DNA of 64,000 nt. Origin: Pseudomonadota bacterium (GTDB lineage: Bacteria; Myxococcota; JACRCW01; JAFGSX01). Shown one piece after another: positions 33,966 through 42,956 of the stretch. The translations under genes were made by a program, and so were the position numbers. The stretch spans positions 27,290 to 91,289 of the forward strand of contig JBDRCO010000001.1 of NCBI GenBank assembly GCA_043821645.1. The letters are read 5' to 3'. The notes beneath the pieces were generated by a model. That model was not told the DNA's origin, ran no database searches, and saw only the letters and a list, made by a program, of their open reading frames with translations. Positions within the stretch are counted from its first letter, which is position 1; each line of letters starts with the position of its first letter.

Positions 33966-35294
33966 ATGCAGGCCACCACCACCACGCAGGGCCGCAAGGC
34001 ACTGACCCTGCAGCAGGCCGTCGATGAGGCGCAGCGCTGCCTGCTATGCCACGACGCGCCCTGCAGCAAGGGCTGCCCCGGCGGCACGGATCCCGGCACC
34101 TTCATCCGCCAGATCCGCTTTTACAACTTCAAGGGCGCGGCGCGCACGGTGCTGGGCAACAACCCGCTGGGTGGCGCCTGCGCCTACGTCTGCCCCACCG
34201 AGGACACCTGCCGCCTGGCCTGCACCCGCGAGGCCCTGGATAGACCCATCGACATCGACGGGCTGCAGGCCTTTGCGGCGCAGTACGGCCGCGAGCACGG
34301 GGTGCGCTTTGACCAGCGCGCGCCGGCGCACGAGCAGCGCGTGGCTGTGATCGGCGCCGGTCCGGCGGGCCTCAGCGCCGCTGCCATGCTGGCGCGCCGC
34401 GGCTACCCAGTCACGGTGTTCGAGGCCCGGGACAAGCTGGGCGGCATGCTGCGCTACGGCGTGCCCGAGGCGCGGCTCTCCGACGCCCTGCTGGATGCCG
34501 ACCTCGAGGACATTCGCACCCTCGGCGTCGAGTTCAAGACCGGCGTCACCATCGACAGGGATGGCGGTGCCCAGAAGCTGCTGGCCGACGGCTACGCGGC
34601 GGTGTTCGTGGCGCCGGGCCTGTGGCAGGGCGTCACCCTGAACCTCCCGGGCGCCGATCTGAAGGGCGTCACCAACGCGGTGGCCTTCCTGGACCAGGCG
34701 CGCAGCGACAAGGGGACCGCGGCAGCCCTGGTCAAGGGCAAGAGCGTGTGTGTCATCGGCGGCGGCTCCGTCGCCATGGACGCCTGCTCCACGGCGCACG
34801 CCCTGGGCGCGCGCCGGGTGTACGCGGTGGCCCTCGAGGGCATGAACGAGCTCCCGGCCGCGCCCGATGAGCTGGCCCAGGCCATGCGCGAGGGCGTGCA
34901 CTTCGTGACCCACGCCCAGATCACCAGCATCCTCGGAGACAAGGACGCCGTGAAGGGCGTCGAGGGCCGCGAGATCGAGTGGATCGAACCCGGCCGCTTC
35001 GTGCCGCAGAACGCCCGACCTGTCGAGGGAACCCACTTTGCCCTCCAGGTCGACGTGGTGGTGCAGGCCATCGGCCAGCGCCCGACCGAGAGCGCCGGTC
35101 GCATCCTCACCGCCGCCCGCGACGGCAACAAGCTCAAGGTCGACGCGACCAGCCAGGCCACCTCGGTCGACAAGATCTTCGCCGGCGGCGACATCAGCCG
35201 CGGCCCCAGCACTGTGGTGGCGGCCGTGGGTGACGGCAAGCGCGCGGCCCTGGCCATCGCTCGCCTTCTCGGCGGCAAGGAGGTGTCGGCATGA
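33966..35294 (+). CDS. preT: Dihydropyrimidine dehydrogenase subunit PreT (GltD-like Fe-S flavoprotein)
   Basis: CLLCHDAPCSKGCP, GACAYVCP..C, GAGPAG, GGGSVAMD and FAGGD motifs; coupled to preA. Confidence 0.85.
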   Translation: MQATTTTQGRKALTLQQAVDEAQRCLLCHDAPCSKGCPGGTDPGTFIRQIRFYNFKGAARTVLGNNPLGGACAYVCPTEDTCRLACTREALDRPIDIDGLQAFAAQYGREHGVRFDQRAPAHEQRVAVIGAGPAGLSAAAMLARRGYPVTVFEARDKLGGMLRYGVPEARLSDALLDADLEDIRTLGVEFKTGVTIDRDGGAQKLLADGYAAVFVAPGLWQGVTLNLPGADLKGVTNAVAFLDQARSDKGTAAALVKGKSVCVIGGGSVAMDACSTAHALGARRVYAVALEGMNELPAAPDELAQAMREGVHFVTHAQITSILGDKDAVKGVEGREIEWIEPGRFVPQNARPVEGTHFALQVDVVVQAIGQRPTESAGRILTAARDGNKLKVDATSQATSVDKIFAGGDISRGPSTVVAAVGDGKRAALAIARLLGGKEVSA

Positions 35295-36538
35295 GCCCCA
35301 AGACACCGAGCCTCAAGGTCGACTTCTGCGGCGCCACCGCGCCCAATCCCTTCTTGCTGTCGTCGTCACCGGTGGGCAACACCTATGACATGTGCGCCCG
35401 CTCCATGGACCTGGGCTGGGGCGGCGTGGTGTACAAGACCATTGGCCTCGACTACGAGGTGCACATCACCCACCCGTCACCGCGGCTCAATGTCCTGAAC
35501 CGGGGCAGCCAGCGCGTGGTCGGCCTGCAGAATGTCGAGCAGATCTCGGACCGGCCAACCAAGGACAACTTCGAGGACCTGGCCCGGCTCAAGAAGAACT
35601 ACCCGGACCGCATGATCGTGGCCAGCGTCATGGGCCTGACCCATGCCAACGACTGGGCCGAGCTGGCCAAGCGCGCCCAGGACGCCGGCGCCGACCTCAT
35701 CGAGTGCAACTTCTCGTGCCCGCAGATGACCGTCGAGGGCACCGGCCACAAGGCCGGCCAGGACACCGCCGTCGTCGAGAAGCTGACCGAGATCACCAAG
35801 AAGGCCTGCACCATCCCGGTCATGGCCAAGATGACCCCCAACGTCGCCGACATGCTGCCCCTGGCCCTGGCCGCCAAGAACGGCGGTGCCGACGCCATCA
35901 GTGCCATCAACACGGTCAAGGCCATCAGCCAGGTTGACCTGGACAAGTGGGTGCCCCTGCCCAACGTGGGCGGCCGCTCGTCGTCGTCGGGCTACTCGGG
36001 TACCGCGGTCAAGCCCATAGGCCTGCGCTTCATCTCGGACATGGCCCGGGATCCGCGGCTGCAGCTGCCCCTGAGCGGCATGGGCGGCATCTACACCTGG
36101 ATGGACGCCGCCGAGTACCTGGTGCTGGGCGCCACCACCCTGCAGGTGACGACGGCCATCCTGCAGCACGGCTACCGCATCGTCGAGGACATGACCGAGG
36201 GCCTGCAGGACTACCTGGCGGACCGCGGCCTGAGCTCGGTGATGGAGCTGGTGGGCAAAGCCCTGCCGGCGGTGGTCGATCCCTCGGATTTGAGCCACGA
36301 GACCCAGGCGGTGTCGGTCATCGACCAGCAGCGCTGCATCGGCTGTGGCCAGTGCTTCCTGAGCTGCCGCGACGGCGCGGCCCAGGCCATCTCGTTCGGT
36401 GAGGACCGCAAGCCGGTGGTCAACGAGGACACCTGCTTCGGCTGCCTGATGTGCAAGCACATCTGCCCGGTCGAAAATTGCATCAGCTACAAGATCGTGC
36501 CCCACCACGAGTACACGCGACTGCACGCCCAGGGCTGA
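35291..36538 (+). CDS. preA: Dihydropyrimidine dehydrogenase subunit PreA
   Basis: NPFLLSSSP, GWGGVVYKT, ECNFSCP, KMTPN, AINT and GYSG.AVKPI motifs; C-terminal 2x[4Fe-4S] motifs. Confidence 0.9.
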   Translation: MSPKTPSLKVDFCGATAPNPFLLSSSPVGNTYDMCARSMDLGWGGVVYKTIGLDYEVHITHPSPRLNVLNRGSQRVVGLQNVEQISDRPTKDNFEDLARLKKNYPDRMIVASVMGLTHANDWAELAKRAQDAGADLIECNFSCPQMTVEGTGHKAGQDTAVVEKLTEITKKACTIPVMAKMTPNVADMLPLALAAKNGGADAISAINTVKAISQVDLDKWVPLPNVGGRSSSSGYSGTAVKPIGLRFISDMARDPRLQLPLSGMGGIYTWMDAAEYLVLGATTLQVTTAILQHGYRIVEDMTEGLQDYLADRGLSSVMELVGKALPAVVDPSDLSHETQAVSVIDQQRCIGCGQCFLSCRDGAAQAISFGEDRKPVVNEDTCFGCLMCKHICPVENCISYKIVPHHEYTRLHAQG

Positions 36539-36584
36539 GACGGTCCGCTTGACGCGCGGGGCGCCGCGTGCGAGCAGAGGTCCC

Positions 36585-38132
36585 ATGTCGGACCTCCGTC
36601 TCCTGCCCTGTGTCGTGCCGTTGCTGGGTGTGCTCGTCAGCGCGCCCGCGAGCGCCCACAGCCCGACCCAGCTCTATCAGTGGACCCGCCTGGTCGAGAT
36701 AGACCTGCAGCCCGACCTGGTGCGCCTGCGCTACGCCCTCGCCGCAGGCCAGGCCCTGGGTCATACCCTGCGCCAGAGCATGGATAGCGACAGCGATGGC
36801 GTGATCAGCAGCGTGGAGCAGCAGCGCTTTGGCCGGGAGATGGCGGCTGTGCTGCAGCAGGGTCTTCACCTCGCCCTGGACGGCACGGTCCAGGACCTGC
36901 GCTTCGACCCGCCGCGCGTCCTGCTCGAGGACGATCGTGTGATCCCAGGCGTGGTCGATCTGGAGCTGGAGTGGAGTGCCCCCCTGACCGCCACGCCCAC
37001 GCACCGGCACCGGCTCCGGTTCGAGGATCGCAGCGCGGTCCCGGCGGTGTACGACACCAGCATCGACATCGCCGAGCAGGGGGGCACCCAGCTGCTGTGG
37101 TCGCAGCTCGACGACGGACCGCGCCTGCTGCGGCAGCTGATCCACTTCACACGGCTGCAGGCCGAGAAGCCCTACTCCCTGGCCCTGGGCTGGCAGGACA
37201 CGATGGATCCCGAGCGTGCGCAGGCCCTGAACGCGGGCTCCACGGATGCGCCGGCGCGGACTGCGACCTCCGAGGACAGCCTGCTGCGTCTGGTGTCCCG
37301 GCGCGAGCTGGGCCCGGGCGTGGTGTTCCTGGCGCTACTGCTGGCCCTGGCACTGGGGGCGCTGCACGCCCTGGCGCCTGGCCACGGCAAGACCCTGGTG
37401 GCCGCCTACCTGGTGGGCCGCCGCGGCACGGTGGGCCATGCAGCCGTGCTCGGGCTCGTCGTCACCGCGACCCACATCGCGTCGGTGGTGGTGCTCGGGG
37501 TGATCACGCTGTGGCTGTCCTCGCGCATCCTGCCCGAGCGACTGCTGCCCTGGCTGGAGCTGGCCTCGGGTTTGCTGATCCTGGGCATGGGCCTGTGGAT
37601 GCTGGTTCTGCGCTGGCGCGACTGGCGCCGCCTGATGTCGGCTGGGAGCCACGGGCACGAGCACACGCACGACCACGCGCACGACCACACACACGACCAT
37701 GCACACGACCACACACACGACCACGCCCACGGCCGCGCGCACGCTCACGGGCACGACCACGCACATGACCACAGCCACGTCATCCAGCGTGACGGCGGCC
37801 AGCCCGTGGGCTACTGGGAGCTGCTGGTGCTGGGGATCACCGGCGGCATGGTGCCCTGCCCGTCCGCCCTGGTGGTGCTGCTCACGGCCGTGGCTCTGCA
37901 GCGCATCGCCTTCGGCCTGCTGCTCATCGCGGTGTTCAGCCTGGGGCTGGCGCTGGTGCTCATCACCATCGGTATCCTCGTCGTCAAGGCGCAGCGTGTG
38001 CTGGAACACATGAACCTGGGCGCGCGCTGGCTGGCGCCCCTGCCCGTGGTGAGCGCCCTGGTGATCACCGCGCTTGGCGTGTTGCTGTTGGTGCAGAGCC
38101 TGCGAGCGGGTGCCCCGTTGCTGGGAGGTTGA
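36585..38132 (+). CDS. RcnA/NiCoT-like Ni/Co transporter with an N-terminal exported domain and His-rich loop
   Basis: LHALAPGHGK, TATH, GMVPCPSA, an (HD/HA/HT)n tract, a signal peptide followed by AH, and EF-hand-like DSDSDGVISSVE. Confidence 0.85.
   Translation: MSDLRLLPCVVPLLGVLVSAPASAHSPTQLYQWTRLVEIDLQPDLVRLRYALAAGQALGHTLRQSMDSDSDGVISSVEQQRFGREMAAVLQQGLHLALDGTVQDLRFDPPRVLLEDDRVIPGVVDLELEWSAPLTATPTHRHRLRFEDRSAVPAVYDTSIDIAEQGGTQLLWSQLDDGPRLLRQLIHFTRLQAEKPYSLALGWQDTMDPERAQALNAGSTDAPARTATSEDSLLRLVSRRELGPGVVFLALLLALALGALHALAPGHGKTLVAAYLVGRRGTVGHAAVLGLVVTATHIASVVVLGVITLWLSSRILPERLLPWLELASGLLILGMGLWMLVLRWRDWRRLMSAGSHGHEHTHDHAHDHTHDHAHDHTHDHAHGRAHAHGHDHAHDHSHVIQRDGGQPVGYWELLVLGITGGMVPCPSALVVLLTAVALQRIAFGLLLIAVFSLGLALVLITIGILVVKAQRVLEHMNLGARWLAPLPVVSALVITALGVLLLVQSLRAGAPLLGG
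37650..37780 (+). repeat. Low-complexity tandem repeat encoding a His-rich tract
   Basis: Encodes HGHEHTHDHAHDHTHDHAHDHTHDHAHGRAHAHGHDHAHDHSH. Confidence 0.8.
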
Positions 38133-38140
38133 GGGAACCC

Positions 38141-38779
38141 ATGCATCTCCCGGACGGATTCTTGAGCCCCGAGTTGTGGATCCCGCTGGACCTGACGGCT
38201 GCCGGGGCGCTGTGGCTGGCGGCCCGGCGCGCTGCTCCCGAGCTGGAGCCGGAGAAGGTTCCGCTGATGGGCGTGATGGGCGCCTTCGTGTTCGCGGCGC
38301 AGATGATCAACGTGCCCGTGGCCAGCGGCACCAGTGGCCACCTGACCGGCGCGGTGTTGCTCAGCGTGTTGCTCGGGCCACACCTCGCCGCCACGGTGAT
38401 GGCGGCGGTGCTCATCGTGCAGTGCCTGCTGTTCCAGGACGGTGGTCTGACCGCTCTGGGTGCCAATATCCTGCACATGGGCTTCGTGGGCGCCTACGGT
38501 GGCTACGCGGCGACGACGCTGGGTCGGCGCCTGCTGCCCGGCGCCTGGGGAGCGCGCGTCGGCGTGGCCCTGGGCTGCTGGGCGAGCGTGGTGCTGGCCT
38601 CCCTGCTGGTCGCGGTGGAGCTGGCGCTCTCGGGAGTGGTGGAGCTGCGCCCTGCCCTCGTGGCCATGGGTGGCGTGCACGCGGTCATCGGTGTGGGCGA
38701 AGCGGCCTTGACCCTGGCCGTGCTGAGCGCGCTGCACAAGCTCCGACCCGGGCTGGTGCCGGGATGGGCGGGCGCATGA
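38141..38779 (+). CDS. cbiM: ECF Co/Ni transporter substrate component CbiM/NikM
   Basis: N-terminal MHLPDGFL, GTSGHL.G and QCLLFQDGGLTALGAN. Confidence 0.9.
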   Translation: MHLPDGFLSPELWIPLDLTAAGALWLAARRAAPELEPEKVPLMGVMGAFVFAAQMINVPVASGTSGHLTGAVLLSVLLGPHLAATVMAAVLIVQCLLFQDGGLTALGANILHMGFVGAYGGYAATTLGRRLLPGAWGARVGVALGCWASVVLASLLVAVELALSGVVELRPALVAMGGVHAVIGVGEAALTLAVLSALHKLRPGLVPGWAGA

Positions 38780-39138
38780 CGCACCGGTACCTGCTCGTCG
38801 GGATCGCCCTGCTGGCGCTGTTGATCGCCGGGCTCGTCGTGCACCTGGCGTCGCCTGCACCCGACGGGCTGGAGCGTGTGGCCGAGGACCTGGGCTTTGC
38901 AGGGCGGGAGCAGCCGGCGCCAGACAAGGTGCAGGTGATGCCGGACTATACTGTGCTCGGACTGGAGTCGTCCTGGCTGGGCAAGAGCCTGGCGGGCCTT
39001 GTCGGTGTGCTGGTCACACTGGTTGCGGGACTCGCCCTGGGCGCTGGACTGCGGCGCTGGCAACGCGAGGCATCCACGGGAGCCGCCCGCACCGAGCCCC
39101 CTGACGACACGCCGCCGCCGACGGTCCGGGGTGGCTGA
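38776..39138 (+). CDS. PDGLE-domain accessory component (NikN-like)
   Basis: ASPAPDGLE and MPDY motifs, two TM segments, ATGA overlap with cbiM. Confidence 0.85.
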   Translation: MTHRYLLVGIALLALLIAGLVVHLASPAPDGLERVAEDLGFAGREQPAPDKVQVMPDYTVLGLESSWLGKSLAGLVGVLVTLVAGLALGAGLRRWQREASTGAARTEPPDDTPPPTVRGG

Positions 39139-39928
39139 CGTGCACCACCACTACTTCGATCGGCTCGCCTACGCATCGAGTCCCGTGCATCGGCTGGATC
39201 CCCGGGTCAAGCTGAGCCTGGCGCTGCTCGCGATCCTGGTCGGCACCGGGGTTGGTGACGACGGGTTGTGGCGCCTGCTTCCGCTGGCCGGCGGCACGCT
39301 GCTATGCGCGCTCTGGGCCCGCCTGCCCCTGGTCGGTCTGCTGCGGCGCAGCTTGCTGGTGGTGCCCTTCGTGCTGGCGGTGGCCGTCCTGTTGCCCTTT
39401 CAAGGCGAAGGGGCCGTGGCCTGGTCGCTCCAGGTCGGAGGGTTCGAGCTGGCCCTTCGCGAGACCGGACTGCACCGCCTGGGGACCGTGGCCGCGCGTA
39501 GTTACCTGGCCATCTGGGTGGTGCTGGTGCTGGTGTCGACGACGCGCTTTCACCTGTTGTTGGCAGCGCTGCGCAGCCTGGGCATGCCGCGCCTGCTGGT
39601 GATGGTGCTCGGCTTTCTGTATCGCTACCTGTTCGTCGTCACCGGCGAGGCCCTGCGCATGCGGCGTGCGCGGGAGGCCAGGGCCGTTGGCCGGTCGCGG
39701 TTGAGGCTGCGCCTGGGCGCGGCGGGCAGCACCATTGGCCTGCTCTTCGTACGCGCCTACGAGCGCGCCGAGCGGGTCTACCAGGCCATGCTGGCGCGCG
39801 GCTTCGACGGTGAGCTGCCCCTGCCCCAGCCACTGCATCTGCACGGCCGCGACTGGATGGCCCTGGGCCTTGGCCTGGCAGGCCTGCTCGTCGTGCTCCT
39901 GCTTCCGCTGTCGAGGTGGCCGTCATGA
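39131..39928 (+). CDS. cbiQ: ECF transporter T component CbiQ
   Basis: SPVHRLDPRVKL, YRYLFV, AREAR and RAERVYQAMLARGF. GTG start at 39131 or 39140. Confidence 0.9.
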   Translation: MADVHHHYFDRLAYASSPVHRLDPRVKLSLALLAILVGTGVGDDGLWRLLPLAGGTLLCALWARLPLVGLLRRSLLVVPFVLAVAVLLPFQGEGAVAWSLQVGGFELALRETGLHRLGTVAARSYLAIWVVLVLVSTTRFHLLLAALRSLGMPRLLVMVLGFLYRYLFVVTGEALRMRRAREARAVGRSRLRLRLGAAGSTIGLLFVRAYERAERVYQAMLARGFDGELPLPQPLHLHGRDWMALGLGLAGLLVVLLLPLSRWPS

Positions 39929-40677
39929 GCGCTCCCGCCCTCCGCCTGCAGGGACTCCGCTACGCCTTCGCCGCGTCGCCCCGTCCTGCCCTCGACGGCG
40001 TCGACCTCACCGTGGCCGAGGGCGAGACCCTGGGCCTGATCGGTCCCAACGGCGCAGGCAAGTCAACCCTGGTGCTGCACCTGAATGGCACGCTGCGCGG
40101 CCAGGGCGTGGTCGAGATCCAGGGCCTGCCCGTATCGTCCTCCACGCTGCAGCAGGTGCGGCGCCGGGTCGGCCTGGTGTTCCAGGATCCGGACGATCAG
40201 CTGTTCATGCCCACGGTGCTCGAGGATGTGGCTTTTGGACCGGCGCACCTGGACCTGTCTGCCGAGGCCATCGCGGCCCGGGTACGCGAGGCCCTGACCG
40301 CGGTGGGGCTCGACGGCTACGAGGACCGCGCCCCACACCACCTGAGCGGTGGCGAGAAGCGCGCCGTGGCCCTGGCCACCGTGTTCTCCATGCAGCCCGC
40401 GATCCTGGTGCTCGACGAGCCCTCGGCCGGCCTGGACCCCCGCGGCCGCCGCCAGCTACTGCAGATCCTGAGCCGACACGCGGGCACACGCCTCGTCGCC
40501 TCGCACGACCTCGAGCTGATCCGCCAGACCTGCGGTCGCTGCGTGGTGCTCGACGCGGGACGCGTGGTCGCGGACGGCACCACGGACGCCATCCTGAGTG
40601 ACGCGGAGCTCATGGACGCCCACGGCCTCGAGGTGCCCGCCTCGCTGCAGTCTTCGACGAGCCGCTCAGGCTCCTGA
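39925..40677 (+). CDS. cbiO: ECF transporter ATPase CbiO
   Basis: GPNGAGKS, VFQDPDDQLF, DVAFGP, LSGGEK and LDEP. Confidence 0.9.
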   Translation: MSAPALRLQGLRYAFAASPRPALDGVDLTVAEGETLGLIGPNGAGKSTLVLHLNGTLRGQGVVEIQGLPVSSSTLQQVRRRVGLVFQDPDDQLFMPTVLEDVAFGPAHLDLSAEAIAARVREALTAVGLDGYEDRAPHHLSGGEKRAVALATVFSMQPAILVLDEPSAGLDPRGRRQLLQILSRHAGTRLVASHDLELIRQTCGRCVVLDAGRVVADGTTDAILSDAELMDAHGLEVPASLQSSTSRSGS

Positions 40678-40700
40678 GCGACGGACCCGACGCAGCCCCG

Positions 40701-42083
40701 TCACTGGCACTGGTTGGACGTGCAGGTGTTGCTCGCGCAGTCGACCGCACTCACGCAGCCATCCCCCGCCAGGCAGTCGCCCCCTGCCTGCGTCGTCAAA
40801 CAGTCGACCGAGCAGGTGCCGCAGGCCAGCGTGTTTGAGTCGTCGCAGACCTCGAACTCGGGACAGACCACCCCGTCCCCGCACACAGCGCCCTGGCCCG
40901 CAGCCGAGCAGTCTGCATTGCAGCTGCCACACACGTCCTTGTAGTTGTCGTCGCACACTTCGCTGCCGACCCTGTTGCCGTCCCCGCAGACGGGCGTGCA
41001 CACCGACGGGCGGCCCTGGCACTCGTAGCCAAATTCGATGCCACAGGTCGACGAGCAGCCATCTCCGTTCGTGAGGTTTGCGTCTTCGCACTCCTCCGCG
41101 AGTGAAGAATTCACGTAGCCGTCGCCGCACTCGACGGGGGTGCACGATTGCGGATCGCTGCCGCCGGCATAGTCGCAACCGCTGGAGTCGGCCTCTCCCT
41201 CGTCGCAGACCTCGCCCGCCGCGGTGTTGAGGTAACCGTCGCCGCAGCGAGCAAGGGTGCAGGCCTCGGCGCCGCTCCCTCCCGCGTAGTCGCAGGTTGC
41301 CGAGTCCTCGCTTCCGGTGTCGCACTCCTCTCCGGTCTCGGGGTCTCCATCGCCGCACACCACGCAGTGGTCGGTCGCACAGGGGCCGCCACAGTCGGAG
41401 GTGCTGCTCGAGTAGTGACAGCTCCCGTCGACACAGGTACCAGGCGCCGCGTACTGGGTGAGCACGGTTCCGGAACAGCTGGACCCCGGTGCCACGTCAC
41501 AGACGACACCGAGGCACAGCGAATCCCCGCTATCGGCACCACCGGGTACATCACCCGCGCCGGTCTCGGCGGGATCCGCGTCGACAGCAGCGGCGTCCGC
41601 GGCCTCGGCGTCCACACTCGCCGCGTCCGTGCAGCTGGTGCCACAGTCCGGGAGGTGGAAGCAGCCCGAGGTGTCGAGCGTGTCACAGTTCACGCACACG
41701 AGGTCTCCACCAGCGAAACCCTCGCTCTGGCAGGTCCGTACCCCGAACATCGTGCCGTCGCACAGCTCCAGCCCGCTGATGGTGCTGTCGCCACACACGC
41801 TCACGGGGACATCCTCGCTCACCGCGTCACCGGGGGCCTGGTCGGGTCCCGCGCTGCCGTCGCGGGCGGGCCCATCCACGACGCTGCGCTCACCGGGGCC
41901 AGCATCCCTCGGTGTCCCCTTGTCGACGCAGATCTTCGCCGCCAGGTCGCAGCGATACCCCTCGATGCAGTCCTCATCCGTCTCGCAAAGCCGGCTCTCA
42001 AGGTTGCGCTTGGGGTAGATGCAGCCCACCAGGCCCAGGATGAGGAGCGCATTGCTGACCACGAATATCGCGCGTCGCATCAC
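40701..42083 (-). CDS. Cys-rich lipoprotein with Myxococcus DUF4215-type repeats
   Basis: Lipobox LVGC; repeated CGDG.....E.CD motifs and NGDGCSSTC. Confidence 0.8.
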   Translation of the reverse strand: MMRRAIFVVSNALLILGLVGCIYPKRNLESRLCETDEDCIEGYRCDLAAKICVDKGTPRDAGPGERSVVDGPARDGSAGPDQAPGDAVSEDVPVSVCGDSTISGLELCDGTMFGVRTCQSEGFAGGDLVCVNCDTLDTSGCFHLPDCGTSCTDAASVDAEAADAAAVDADPAETGAGDVPGGADSGDSLCLGVVCDVAPGSSCSGTVLTQYAAPGTCVDGSCHYSSSTSDCGGPCATDHCVVCGDGDPETGEECDTGSEDSATCDYAGGSGAEACTLARCGDGYLNTAAGEVCDEGEADSSGCDYAGGSDPQSCTPVECGDGYVNSSLAEECEDANLTNGDGCSSTCGIEFGYECQGRPSVCTPVCGDGNRVGSEVCDDNYKDVCGSCNADCSAAGQGAVCGDGVVCPEFEVCDDSNTLACGTCSVDCLTTQAGGDCLAGDGCVSAVDCASNTCTSNQCQ

Positions 42084-42874
42084 TCGCCCCCCGCCAGGCC
42101 GAAGATCAACACCCCGGCACCGACCGCCGCCACCACGCCTCCGGTGCCGTACAGGATATTGGCGATCTGGGCCTGCAGATCGCGCGCATCGTACTGGGTC
42201 GCGGCGTCGACCTGCAGGGTATCCGCGGCCTCGGCCCGAGCATGGGCCTGCATGGCCAGCACCCCGAACACACCACCACCCAGGGCGGTGAGCGCGCCCA
42301 GGGCCAGCACACCACCACCCAGCACCGGGAGCAGGGGGAAATCCGCGGCGGCGTCCGTCTCGGACCGGGCCGACGCCACCTCGGGTGCGGTCACGCCGGC
42401 GGCGCGCAGGTCCATCACCAGGACCTTGCGATCGGATGCGGCCGAGAGGCCGGGCATGGCAGCAACGAAGCGATCCACGGCCTGGGGAAGCTGAGACGCC
42501 AGGGCATCCACGCTCTCGCCACGGAGCACGGTGCGCGCCGCCGAGGACGCGCTGCGGGCATCGAACAGGGTCAGGGTGAGCACCTGGCTGCGCTCGAGCC
42601 GCCCGAGCTGGCCGTGCACCACGTAATCCACGCCCATGGCCCCGGCGATCTCGGCCAGACAGGACTCGCTGTCGCAGCCCATCGACTGCTTCTGTGCCTC
42701 GAGCGCCAGCGCCTGGCGGACGTCCGCGCTCGAGAGCACGCTGAGTGCCTCGCGCGAGTCCAGCTCGGCGGTGAGCAGGCTGGTGAGGACGGCGGCGGGG
42801 CCCTCGTCGGCGTGCACGGGCAGACCCAGACCCAGCACGACCATCACCATCAGCACGCGTCGTTGCATGTGCAT
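42080..42874 (-). CDS. Exported hypothetical protein (TolB-N/DUF2380-like domain, C-terminal Gly-rich hydrophobic hairpin)
   Basis: Signal peptide; motif QKQ.MGCD.ESCLAEIAGAMG..YVVHG.LG. Start ~42874 or 42868. Confidence 0.65.
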   Translation of the reverse strand: MHMQRRVLMVMVVLGLGLPVHADEGPAAVLTSLLTAELDSREALSVLSSADVRQALALEAQKQSMGCDSESCLAEIAGAMGVDYVVHGQLGRLERSQVLTLTLFDARSASSAARTVLRGESVDALASQLPQAVDRFVAAMPGLSAASDRKVLVMDLRAAGVTAPEVASARSETDAAADFPLLPVLGGGVLALGALTALGGGVFGVLAMQAHARAEAADTLQVDAATQYDARDLQAQIANILYGTGGVVAAVGAGVLIFGLAGGE

Positions 42875-42956
42875 CCCCCCGAATCTACACCGACCCAGCG
42901 TGAACCCATCGCGGCAGCACCTTCTCACCAGGTCTCGAACAGAGCTTGCCAATGCC

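Noticed and set aside
36539-36584. Cobalamin or NiCo riboswitch upstream of the metal transport operon
   Set aside because: The intergenic space is too short and I found no B12-box.
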